Shown here: one piece after another, positions 13,553-26,895 of the stretch
Layout of the letters: each line of letters starts with the position of its first letter
Position numbering within the stretch: position 1 is the stretch's first letter
Origin: Macrostomum hystrix
Lineage: Eukaryota > Animalia > Platyhelminthes
Reading direction: 5' to 3'
NCBI GenBank assembly: GCA_950097015.1
Contig: CATNEN010000039.1
Coordinates: 1,612,001-1,676,000, forward strand
DNA: 64,000 bases
Program-made: the position numbers and the translations under genes
Notes under the pieces: generated by a model
The model's input: the letters and a program-made list of their open reading frames with translations, nothing else
The model's database searches: none
What the model was told of the DNA's origin: nothing

Positions 13553-14413
13553 CTGGAAGTCGCATGCGGACTGGTGGATGTGCATTCGGCTCTATGGACT
13601 GTCCACTTGCCAACACATATTACCATGAATCAAAAACAATACTAAAGAGAAATACAAATCCACACATACAAAATCTCTAAAAATATCGAAACAGATTTAT
13701 ATTGGAACAGGACGACATTATAGTAGTGACGTAGTGACCGCATTGTCTCGTTACATTATATGACGTTGAATGAAAAAAAACTAAATAAAGACTTTGTGCC
13801 TTCGACTATTGCGTTAGGGACCGAAGATCACTATTTACTAAATTCAGTTTAGTAAATCAATTTGGCGAAGCCATTTGAACACAAACATATATTTTCTGAC
13901 TCACTCAGTCTAAAAATAGACTCGACTCTCTGAGTGTACTCAGCGTACAAAGGGACCCCGGTATCAAGCGCTAGGATTGCGCAGGATCGAGCAAGAGTTG
14001 CTAAAAATAGTACTAACTGGGACTGAGCTGACTGAACTCCACTGAGCCTGCAGTTGCCAGCATTATACGTAGGGCGAAAGTAATGCTGATGTAATGGACA
14101 AATAGATAGGTATATAATATGGCTTATCAGAGACATTATAGTAAACAACAAAAAAAACAAGCTAGAGGGGGCCAATCTGAATCCCAAGTAAAGCTGTCAC
14201 TTCGCCTGCCAAATATGGCTGTTGGAAATAACTACTACGTAGCAACCCTGCCAATTATGGAAGTTAGTACTTTGCGTGTGAGACCAGGGTTTCCAAATAT
14301 GGTCATCAAAGGGATGTGAAGAGGAGCATCAAGAAAGTCTACAAAAGAAGCTGCCGTCAAACGGGAAAAAGCTTCTCAAGCGGAAAACTAGCTCGTAGCA
14401 GGTGATTTGTTAA

Positions 14414-15754
<1,341 letters not shown>

Positions 15755-16408
15755 CTGCTTTCGAAAGCAATCATCTGTTCGAACGTTGTGATTGACTTTG
15801 GATTGTAAAACATTGATTTCATCTCGCTTTAATGTTGTATATTGTTTCCCTAATTTAAAATCGTGGTTATCTTCGTGAGCAGTTGTTAATAGGCGACCAT
15901 CATATCGATTTGTATCCATGTACATATTGTATTCAATCGGCTAAACTGACTATACGAGCGTAGACATTTTTTGATAATTTGTCGACTAAAACTAAAACTC
16001 AAACACACAATGCGGCTCTTATGCTACTTACTCACTGATTAATATATATTGCTGCCACTTTAAATTTTCTAAAGGAAAGGAGAGCAAAAATTGTATCACT
16101 ATGAATGACATTGATGCGGGAATGCTTTATTATGCGCGTATTACGGAAAAGTAACTGCAAGGATACTCCTGTTTTCGTAAAGTTTTTATTAGCTCGTATT
16201 TCATCATTTATGACTCGGAAACTTCAAATAAATTGATTGACATTTCAGAAAATAAAGAAGAACGCGAAGGAGATCATATACTGTAATATGCTGTAGTTAT
16301 AAGTTATATAATAAAACATATTTAGAATTAAAAAGCCCCAACTTAATAGTATCGCTTGACACGACCAACGCCAAAAGCAAAAAGTTGCGGTTGATTGGAT
16401 ATCTTCGT

Positions 16409-19400
16409 GGCTCCACAATCCAGAGACGCCTCAAATCAGCAACATCATGCGCAGGCTCCACAATCCAGAGATGCCTCAAATCAGCAACATCATGCGCAGG
16501 CTCCACAATCCAGAGACGCCTCAAATCAGCAACATCATGCGCAGGCTCCACAATCTAGAGACGCCTCAAATCAGCAACATCATGCGCAGGCTCCACAATC
16601 CAGAGATGCCTCAAATCAGCAACATCATGCGCAGGCTTCACAATCCAGAGACGCCTCAAATCAGCAACATCATGCGCAGGCTCCACAATCCAGAGATGCC
16701 TCAAATCAGCAACATCATGCGCAGGCTCCACAATCTAGAGACGCCTCAAATCAGCAACATCATGGCAGGCTCCACAATCCAGAGACGCTTCAAATCAGCA
16801 ACATCATGCGCAGGCTCCACAATCCAGAGACGCCTCAAATCAGCAACATCATGCGCAGGCTCCACAATCCAGAGACGCCTCAAATCAGCAACATCATGGC
16901 AGGCTCCACAATCCAGAGACGCCTCAAATCAGCAACATCATGCGCAGGCTCCACATCCAGAGACGCTTCAAATCAGCAACATCATGCGCAGGCTCCACAA
17001 TCCAGAGACGCCTCAAATCAGCAACATCATGCGCAGGCTCCACAATCCAGAGACGCCTCAAATCAGCAACATCATGCGCAGGCTCCACAATCTAGAGATG
17101 CCTCAAATCAGCAACATCATGCGCAGGCTTCACAATCCAGAGACGCCTCAAATCAGCAACATCATGCGCAGGCTCCACAATCCAGAGATGCCTCAAATCA
17201 GCAACATCATGCGCAGGCTCCACAATCCAGAGACGCCTCAAATCAGCAACATCATGCGCAGGCTCCACAATCTAGAGACGCCTCAAATCAGCAACATCAT
17301 GCGCAGGCTCCACAATCCAGAGATGCCTCAAATCAGCAACATCATGCGCAGGCTTCACAATCCAGAGACGCCTCAAATCAGCAACATCATGCGCAGGCTC
17401 CACAATCCAGAGACGCTTCAAATCAGCAACATCATGCGCAGGCTCCACAATCCAGAGACGCTTCAAATCAGCAACATCATGCGCAGGCTTCACAATCCAG
17501 AGACGCTTCAAATCAGCAACATCATGCGCAGGCTCCACAATCCAGAGACGCTTCAAATTAGCAACATCATGCGCAGGCTCCACAATCCAGAGACGCCTCA
17601 AATCAGCAACATCATGGCAGGCTCCACAATCCAGAGACGCCTCAAATCAGCAACATCATGCGCAGGCTCCACAATCCAGAGACGCTTCAAATCAGCAACA
17701 TCATGCGCAGGCTCCACAATCCAGAGACGCCTCAAATCAGCAACATCATGCGCAGGCTCCACAATCTAGAGACGCTTCAAATCAGCAACATCATGCGCAG
17801 GCTCCACAATCCAGAGACGCCTCAAATCAGCAACATCATGCGCAGGCTCCACAATCCAGAGACGCCTCAAATCAGCAACATCATGCGCAGGCTTCACAAT
17901 CCAGAGACGCTTGAAATCAGCAACATCATGCGCAGGCTCCACAATCCAGAGACGCTTCTAATCAGCAACATCATGCGCAGGCTCCACAATCCAGAGACGC
18001 TTCAAATCAGCAACATCATGCGCAGGCTTCACAATCCAGAGACGCTTCAAATCAGCAACATCATGCGCAGGCTCCACAATCCAGAGACGCCTCAAATCAG
18101 CAACATCATGCGCAGGCTCCACAATCCAGAGACGCTTCAAATCAGCAACATCATGCGCAGGCTCCACAATCTAGAGACGCCTCAAATCAGCAACATCATG
18201 CGCAGGCTCCACAATCCAGAGACGCTTCAAATCAGCAACATCATGCGCAGGCTCCACAATCCAGAGACGCCTCAAATCAGCAACATCATGCGCAGGCTCC
18301 ACAATCCAGAGACGCCTCAAATCAGCAACATCATGCGCAGGCTCCACAATCCAGAGACACCTCAAATCAGCAACATCATGCGCAGGCTCCACAATCCAGA
18401 GACGCCTCAAATCAGCAACATCATGCGCAGGCTCCACAATCCAGAGACGCTTCAAATCAGCAACATCATGCGCAGGCTCCACAATCCAGAGACGCCTCAA
18501 ATCAGCAACATCATGCGCAGGCTCCACAATCCAGAGACGCTTCAAATCAGCAACATCATGCGCAGGCTCCACAATCTAGAGACGCTTCAAATCAGCAACA
18601 TCATGCGCAGGCTCCACAATCCAGAGACGCCTCAAATCAGCAACATCATGCGCAGGCTCCACAATCCAGAGACGCTTCAAATCAGCAACATCATGCGCAG
18701 GCTCCACAATCCAGAGACGCCTCAAATCAGCAACATCATGCGCAGGCTCCACAATCCAGAGACGCCTCAAATCAGCAACATCATGCGCAGGCTCCACAAT
18801 CTAGAGACGCTTCAAATCAGCAACATCATGCGCAGGCTCCACAATCCAGAGACGCCTCAAATCAGCAACATCATGCGCAGGCTCCACAATCTAGAGACGC
18901 CTCAAATCAGCAACATCATGCGCAGGCTTCACAATCCAGAGACGCCTCAAATCAGCAACATCATGCGCAGGCTTCACAATCCAGAGACGCTTCTAATCAG
19001 CAACATCATGCGCAGGCTTCACAATCCAGAGACGCTTCAAATCAGCAACATCATGCGCAGGCTCCACAATCCAGAGACGCTTCAAATCAGCAACATCATG
19101 CGCAGGCTTCACAATCCAGAGACGCTTCAAATCAGCAACATCATGCGCAGGCTTCACAATCCCGAGACGCCTCAAATCAGCAACATCATGCGCAGGCTCC
19201 ACAATCCAGAGACGCCTCAAATCAGCAACATCATGCGCAGGCTCCACAATCCAGAGACGCCTCAAATCAGCAACATCATGCGCAGGCTTCACAATCCAGA
19301 GACGCTTCAAATCAGCAACATCATGCGCAGGCTCCACAATCCAGAGACGCCTCAAATCAGCAACATCATGCGCAGGCTCCACAATCTAGAGACGCTTCAA

Positions 19401-19463
19401 ATCAGCAACATCATGCGCAGGCTCCACAATCTAGAGACGCTTCAAATCAGCAACATCATGCGC
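16409..19463. repeat. Minisatellite, 45-bp unit GCAGGCTCCACAATCCAGAGACGC(C/T)TCAAATCAGCAACATCATGC, ~68 copies, overlapping the FReD stop codon
   Basis: Direct tandem repetition; the last unit runs into the FReD coding exon. Confidence 0.97.
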
Positions 19464-21045
19464 ATACTCTTCAAAGAGAAGAAGCCATCAGCACCTGTCC
19501 AGAAAAATCGGCCGGAACTCGTTGATCTTTCTTTGTAATAAACTCCATTAGGGTTGCTTTTTAGAGAGGAGTCATAGAACCACCAGCCTCCTCTACCGCC
19601 GTAATAACTGGAGATCGACTTGTTGTCAAACGCGTCGTTATCGCGATCGTAGGTAGAAAATTTCGTTCCATTGAAGCCAAGCGAGTCCTCGGTTGTATTG
19701 GAACTGCTGGGCAGGTACGAGTTGTATGTCATGGTGTAGTCGGTGCTCGCATCGCCCACAGAAAAGCCGGAGTACTCGCACATGTACAGGACATCCGACC
19801 AGGTGACAGTCTCCACTCTCAGCAGCTTCGGCGAGCTGCCAGTCAGTTGATTAATTTTGCGCAGGCCTGAAAACAATGCCACAAAGCATGAGCCACTGCG
19901 CGTTTCTCAATATCAGCCATAAGTTGATGAAGACTTTACCGATCCAAAAACCTGATTCACCACCGAATCCGGACACATATGCGTCCCAGATCTGACTAAA
20001 AGAAGTCGTGCCGGCGGAGCGATGCTGAATGACCAGGGGTACCAATCCGCCTGAGTTGTGTTCGAACGGTTTACAAATATGCCATCAGTGGCCTTTTTGC
20101 TAAACCTATTTTAATACGATGCACCTAAGCTCGCCTGTGAATTGCAAAGCGAACATTAGCATTCTAGCTGTTCTGTGAATTTTATCGAAGATTTTAAAAG
20201 CTGCGATTTATTGTTTTAGTTCGTTACCGAAATTTCCAGCGCTGACCCAACAGTGTTGCATTGAAATTCAACTAGCGGGTTGTTGGAGGGTGCAGCTTAG
20301 TGGCTTGAGCATCGGACTCACGACTTGAAGGTCGGGGGTTCGATTCATGTCCCCACTGTAATAATTTCTGTCCTTTAGCAAGACACCTCACTCTGCGTTG
20401 CTTCAGTTCACCCAGCTGCTAAATGGGTACCAGCATCAGCCAGGGCAATCGAGGGCGGGTGTGGCGTCTTCCCCACTCCATGGACTGAACTGTACGCTGC
20501 CTTCAGCTGCGATTTGGATATCGGCTGCCAAACTCTCCTAATTAGGGCAGGTGTACATAATTAAACAATTTAATTATTAATCTAAGAAAAAACTCAAAGC
20601 TGCTCTTTTGCCGTATGTGAGTAGTACAACTGAAAAAACTGGCGCCAAATGCAGAAACAATAACAGAAACAGAAACAAAACTACTTTGTTCCGGAAGCCT
20701 TCTTCGATAGACGGCGTTTCCGGCCGCAGCGGCTGAGAAGTCGGCGTTCCAAGCGCCTGAAAACAAGCAGAGCCGAGTTTTTCGCACAAAAGCTGTGGCC
20801 GAGCAGCCAAAGCGAATGGACTGGCATTGTATAGCGCAGTCTGTCTCGCTGCGTCCGCCCGCTGAGGTCACTTCAGAAAGTCTTTCCGTGACAACGAGGT
20901 CGCTGTTGAACACTAGAACGTGGCCACAGTCGATGAGTTAATCAGATGCGAAAAATCGAACTCAAAGTATGTAATTAGTGTCGGACGTCTTACCTTCAGC
21001 AGTAGCGGTGGCTTGGACAGCTAGGAAAAATGTCGCTATTAGCAT
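19442..21045 (-). CDS. Secreted PAN/Apple + fibrinogen C-terminal domain (FReD) protein; exons 21045-20994, 20912-20685, 20050-19940, 19866-19442
   Basis: Signal peptide MLIATFFLAVQATATA. PAN pattern DCAIQCQSIRFGCSATAF...CLF. FReD motifs VIQHR, WDAYVSGFG, FWIGLRKI, KFSTYDRDND, GGWWF, NPNGVY. All introns are GT-AG and phase 1. Confidence 0.88.
20288..20520 (+). mobile_element. tRNA-derived SINE with Deu/Nin-like core, in FReD intron 2
   Basis: Pol III A-box (CAGCTTAGTGG) and B-box (GGTTCGATTC), then agcaagacacctcactc...cagttcacccagctgctaaatgggtacc, resembling the conserved Deu/Nin SINE core. Confidence 0.7.
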
Positions 21046-21743
21046 CGCAAAGATAAAAAAATCTGAACAAATTAGATCAAAAAATTCTACAAAGCTCAGT
21101 TGGGCCCCGCTCTATGAAGGAATTAAATTTAAGGGATTGAATTTCATATATTTCCCATTTGTGTTTGCCTATAAACTACCGTCTCCAAGGCGACTGCTGT
21201 TTAATGGATAGCTGTTTGATTAACCATCACCATCTGATTCGAATATATTCCAATGGCTTTTCACGGTGACAGCATCAAGGTAGGAGAGATCTGCTGAATT
21301 TCTGCATGCATTAAATCCTAAATGTTGATCATCAGTTCTGTGTGCTCTGCTTCCAGATTATATGCGTTACCGAGGCTAGGCCTAAAATGCTTGGAATGTA
21401 GTCGATAACTTAGATTAAGCGCGCGATGTCTGCACTCAGTGTTTATTCTGAAAAAGCGAGAAAGTTTGTCTTCAATTTATCTAATAGGCCTACGTGCGTC
21501 ATGTCATCTAATATCATATATTCAAACATTTTATGCATAGCCAATCAAAGTAAAAGCTGAAGCTGCAGGAGGGAGCTCGGCCACACTTATACTTAGTCAT
21601 GTCATCATTCATTAGCAAGAGACAATCTAATTTGCGCTTCTTCTGCGAAGCCTTCAAACAGATTCTCCACTACGGCATGGAAGCAGTGTCGATAATCGAA
21701 ATTCGACAACGATTAGATTTGCTCTACAGGTCCCCTCTGAGCT

Positions 21744-24652
21744 CGGAATCCTGAGAAAGCGAGCCAAGGCTCTGCAGAGGAGATTTCTAAAAACCAGGAC
21801 CCCTGAAGACAGAGAAGCCTATGTTCATGCCAGTCATGAGTTCAAGGGCCAGGTCAGAAGGGCAAAAATGGCCAAATGGCGCCAATACTGCGAAGGGCTT
21901 GAGGGCTCCCGCCCCACTGCCCGAGTGGTAAAAGCGCTCACTCAAGACCGCTTCTCCAAACTATCCGTGGTTAAGAGACCTGATGGGTCCACCACAGATA
22001 CACCGGAAGAGACGCTCCAGTTAATGCTCGGGCATTTCTTCCCCAGCAACCAGACAGCGCAGGGCCAGCCAGACCACACTGTGGGCGGGCAAGGCCTAGC
22101 AAAGTCTCTCGTCACCAAAGACCGCATCATACGAGCGGCAAAGTCCTTTAATCCGTACAAAGCTCCGGGTCCGGACGGCATTTACCCGGTGTTCCTACAC
22201 GAGGCAGTGAAAAACCCCTGCTTCCTGGACATTCTCTGTCAGCTTCTGCGGGCCTGCGTGGAGCTGGGCTACGTACCAGAAACTTGGAGGGAGGCCCGAG
22301 TGGTCTTCCTTCCCAAGCCCGCAAAAGACGACTATCAATCAGTCAAGGCCTATCGTCCTATCAGCCTGACTTCCTCCTTCCTGAAGCTGCTTGAGAGACT
22401 GGTGCTCTGGCGCCTCCTCTCTGTGGAGCTCAAGCGCTTCCCTCTCTCTCAGAACCAGCACGCCTTTAGGGCTGGCAGATCCACTGAGAGCGCCCTCCAC
22501 TCCATCGTGGAAAAGCTGGAACGGGCTGTGCTGGGTAACAGCTTGGCACTCTCCGTTTTCCTCGACATCGAGGGGGCCTTCGACAACGTCCGTTTCGAAG
22601 CGTTTCGTAGAGCCCTTGAATCTAGGGCCACGCACCCCCACCTTGTCCGCTGGATTATGTACATGATCCAGCACCGCTCTGTGGTGGCCAACTTCAATGG
22701 GCACTCGCTTTCTCCACCAGTCCAGAAAGGGGGCCCTCAGGGCGGGGTTCTTACTCCTCTCCTTTGGAACCTTGTCATGGATGAGCTGCTTGAGGATGCT
22801 CAGCCAGATCCGGTCCAAAAAGTGGGATACGCTGACGATGTGACCGCCACCTGCGCGGGACCTTCAGCGGACACCATTAGAGACCTCATCCAGAGTTTCA
22901 TCAACAGAGCTGTAAGCTGGGCGACCCGCTGCGGGCTCAGACTCTCCGAGTCCAAGACCGTGGCGATCATGTTTACCAGCAAGCTACGTTGGACCATGAA
23001 ACCCCTCACTCTCTACGGCAAGGACATCGCCATGAGCAAGCAAATTCGTTGCCTTGGTTTGATCTTGGACCATAGGCTAAACTGGAGTCACCACCTCCGT
23101 TTCAAAACCAAGAGGGCCCTGGCGATACTGGCGCAAGTCAGGCGAGCCGTTGGCACCACTTGGGGCCTCACCCCCCAGAAGCTCTGGTGGATCTACACAA
23201 CGATCATCAGACCCTCGATCTCGTACGCCAGCCTCATTTGGGCTAGCGCCACGAGTACCCAGGGAAACCTGGATGCGCTTTACAGGGTGCAGGGCAGAGC
23301 CTGTCGCATGACCATGGGCGCCTCACCCTCCACTCCCTTCGAAGGCATGAACGCCTTCCTGGGAGCCACTCCTTTGGACATCTTCGTCAAGGGAGAGGCC
23401 GCGAAGAGCACCAGGCGCCTTATGGATGCCGGCGTGACGTTCAAATTCTCGAGGGCTTCAAAAAGCGCTCCCTCACTCCCCACTCCGATCTGTGCCTCAA
23501 GATTCTGGGCGAGTGCGAAGGGCTCCACATCCTCTCCGATGCTATACCCGCTACTCTGACCCTGAGCCACAGGTACAAGGTCGAAATTCAGCCTCGCCAG
23601 GAGGCAAACGACAGCTGGACCGACTCTGAAATCCACTGTTATACCGACGGCTCCCTGATGAACGGAATCTCAGGATTCGGAGCCTGTATCTACAAGGGAG
23701 GAGAGGTCGTCTGGACTCACTCCCAGCACACGGGGAAAAACTCCAGCGTTTTTCAGAACGAGATGCTCGCCATCAGTTCATGTGCAGCAGAGTTGCGCCA
23801 GAGGGAGCTCACTGACCGGAAGATATTTTTCCACTCCGACAGTCAAGCCGCCCTGCGGGCCCTCGACCGCAGCACCACCTGCTATAAGACCACCTTGGAC
23901 TGCAACGCCCAGCTGAACGAATTGGCGCGGGCCAACGAGGTCAAGCTCAAATGGATCCCAGGTCACGCTGGCTTCCCAGGGAATGAGATGGCGGACCAGC
24001 TCGCAAAAGCTGGAGCAGCCAGCACCCTGGCTGGGCCAGAAACTGGCGCTCCTATCCCCGTCACTGTGACCAACATCAAGCGGAAACGCTGGATGGAGGC
24101 ACAGCACCTGGACAGATGGACCAAGACCCAAAACTGCAAGCAGTCCAGGGCAGCGGTACCATGTCCGTCTCACCGCCTGCGCAAAGCCCTCTTAAGGCTG
24201 AACCGCAGAGATCTCCGCGCAGTCAGCATGGCCCTCTCAGGGCATGGCTGTTTCTCTCGGCAACCGCTTTCTCCAGGGCCAGCTCCAGGAGGACAAATGC
24301 ACATTTTGTAGCTCGGGCAGTGAAAACGCCGAACACTTTATATGCCACTGCCCATTTTTCACCAGGGCAAGGCTTGAACACCTTGGGCCAAACCCAACTC
24401 TCTCCGATGTTTGCAGGCCCGAGAGCATCCCTCAGCTTGCCCGGTACCTCCGGGATACGGGGCGAGCCAACGTCTTTCCCACTGACAGTGCGGAGGACCA
24501 TGCTGCAGGCGAGTCCGACGGGCCACCCTGAGCAACACCACCTCTCCTGAGGTTGTCTGGTTTGCCAGGGGTTAGCGGAATGGGCGGTCCCCTCCGCCTC
24601 CTCGCTGCGTCCGTCGGTACGGAGCACCCTGCAAATAAGTCAAGTAAGTCAA
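21744..24652 (+). mobile_element. 5'-truncated non-LTR retrotransposon (RT + RNase H + CCHC; Loa/R1/I-group-like) with 14-bp TSD
   Basis: RT motifs KAPGPDG, YRPISL, FLDIEGAFDN, GPQGGVL, YADD. RNase H motifs YTDGS, HSDSQAAL, WIPGH..GNEMAD. Knuckle CTFC...HFICHC. TSD GTCCCCTCTGAGCT at 21730-21743 and 24653-24666, with a (TAAGTCAAG)2 tail. Confidence 0.95.
21868..24531 (+). pseudogene. LINE ORF2 fragment (reverse transcriptase-RNase H) with two frameshifts (~23460, ~24265)
   Basis: ORF pieces 21868-23559, ~23460-24265 and 24244-24531 are contiguous but in different frames; the endonuclease domain is missing. Confidence 0.85.
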
Positions 24653-26098
24653 GTCCCCTCTGAGCTATTTGCCCAGCGTGTACACTGCCCAGAGAGGTTC
24701 CGTTCGGAGAGATGATACACCGCGACAGCGTTCCGGCCCTAGGCATCACTTTGCGCCGATGCAAGGACCACTAAGCAGCAGGTCCTTGCACCTAGAGGTC
24801 CTCTTAGTAGAGGTCTTACTATACTCCTAATACTCCTACTACTCCTAGTGGTCCTTGTTGCAACTCCTAGTTGCTAACCTTCCTGCACCAGAAGTCGAAG
24901 GGAGCACTAAAGACGTATTATTTCCCAGCTCCACAGGATGACTTGCAAAGCTTTTTTATTCAACCCCAAGTCCATAATAAATTACCCGATTCCGTTGCGG
25001 TCGTAATAATACATTTTTAAACAAACGTTGCCTAATTTAATCATGCTGTCTTGCTTTGGACCATAGAATGCAAACGATAGCTAATCGAAACCTGAAGAAA
25101 TATTTCTCAGAGTTATAAGAAAGGCTCTTATGTCTAGCGATCAATCATGTGTGAATGTCATTTGAATTTAGGAAAAAGTATGCTTGGAGCGCACTGCTGA
25201 TGACCTTCTAGAATCCAGGCTGAACTTCTGATTTATAATTATCTTAAAGTAGTAGATTTGAGTACTCTACAAACTAAATTAGCTGTTTGAATTTTTTACG
25301 GTTTATGATTTTATTGTTAAGAATTTAAAACTTTTTTAATAAGGGTAGGCCCCTAGCATAGCTGTGTAAGGAGCCTAGGCCTATAAGTATAAGTCAGTGT
25401 TATTTCATTGAAGTAAATCAAATTGAGTTATAAGCTCTGTTCTTTCCTGAATCCAATTCCAAATAAGCCAGTGTCTTTAACCCGTGTCTTAATGTGAGCA
25501 ACAAATTACAATCATGTTTATATATTATTAGGTCCTATCAAATGTTTTTTACAAAAACAAATACTAAGTGCCAAGTATATAAAATCTAGCATATTTTTTC
25601 TCGATATATTTAATTTATCTGTAAGGGCCAATTTTTTTAGATTGTATGTTTTGCTTTGGGGTAGCTAGAGTGAGAATTTATATTCAGTAATATTGCTGTC
25701 GGCCTGTTAAAAGCTAAAATGATATTAAATTTACCAATTACCTAATAGTTGCAGCTATTATATGTAGGCCTAAGCATATGATAAAATAAGAAAGTAGTGA
25801 CAATTTTAAAACTAGTATAGTTAAAAATTATTAATTTAAATCTATATAGGAACTACTTAGTATATAATATATTCAGATATATACAAGCAACAAGGCCTAG
25901 GCCAAAATATTGATTTAAGCCATTGCATTAGCCTAGCCAATATTTATCCAGCTGTTCAGTATATAGCAGAAAGAGGCAATTTTCCTTTTTTTATTATTAC
26001 ATTTGAAAAAGTATATCAATGAGAAAAAATGAAAAGAAGTTCAAATAATCAGTCAGTGTTCAAAGTTCAAAGTAGCTGTGTGTGTTAAACATGTCTTT

Positions 26099-26375
26099 TT
26101 AGAGAGGGTAATAATGGGCAATCCAGAAGAGTATGTTGCCAAAGGTGTTAGGCATGTGCATCTTACACCACATGAATTCCTTGAGATGTGACTCAAATAG
26201 GGCCTTGTTTGTTCCACGCATTGCTTGTTCTGTGCATTGCTTGGAGCTTTGCCTTACAGTGTGCCCACATTCCCTCAATGAGGTTTGTGTGCACAGTTGG
26301 ATCTTGAGGATTAACAAAGGCAAGCTGGTGGTTGACAATAGCATGATTTTGGAAATGCACATAGTCCAAAAATTG
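26099..26375 (-). mobile_element. Merlin (IS1595/ISXO2-type DDE) transposase C-terminal remnant
   Basis: HAIVNHQLAFVNPQDPTVHTNLIEGMWAHCKAKL then frameshift to MRGTNKALFESHLKEFMW...FGNILFWIAHYYPL. This matches the H.TVNH..F....HTN.IEG.W...YL.EFMWR pattern of Merlin transposases. Confidence 0.8.
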
Positions 26376-26895
26376 TTTGCCTATACGCTGCTGCAGACAA
26401 CTTGTTGGTGCCATATTGGTTAATAATTTAACAAACAAAAAAGGAAAATTGCCCAGAAAGGTCATAATGTTTATATCTACTCAAATTGCTATCCTAACTA
26501 ACAAGTTACTAATAATGGTATACCCACTTCATAGCTTAGTGAACTGAAGTATTAGTAAAAATAATTGTTCAAGGATATGAACCACTTCACTTGGGCTGAG
26601 AACTTAACTTTCAACCTTGTAACTAGTAGTAGTTAACTACTAGCAATATAACAATGTAAAATAGGTCAAATTGATCAATATTGCAATATTTAGAACCCAA
26701 TTTGAATATTAATTATACTCTAAGAATGCCAAATATCCTTATCTGTAATCTGTGTCTTCTAGGTGTTAATGAAATTATTTAAATTATTAGCCTTCTAAAA
26801 AAATAATACTGAATAATTCCAGGTGAGTTTCCACGTAGGAAACTTCCCAGTTGGTTGCCAACCATTCTATGGCATCAGTCAGAATGCTTTAGAGT

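Noticed and set aside
24762-24856. Short inverted repeat CAAGGACCACTA/TAGTGGTCCTTG as a MITE
   Set aside because: Only 12 bp, single copy in the window, and no convincing TSD.
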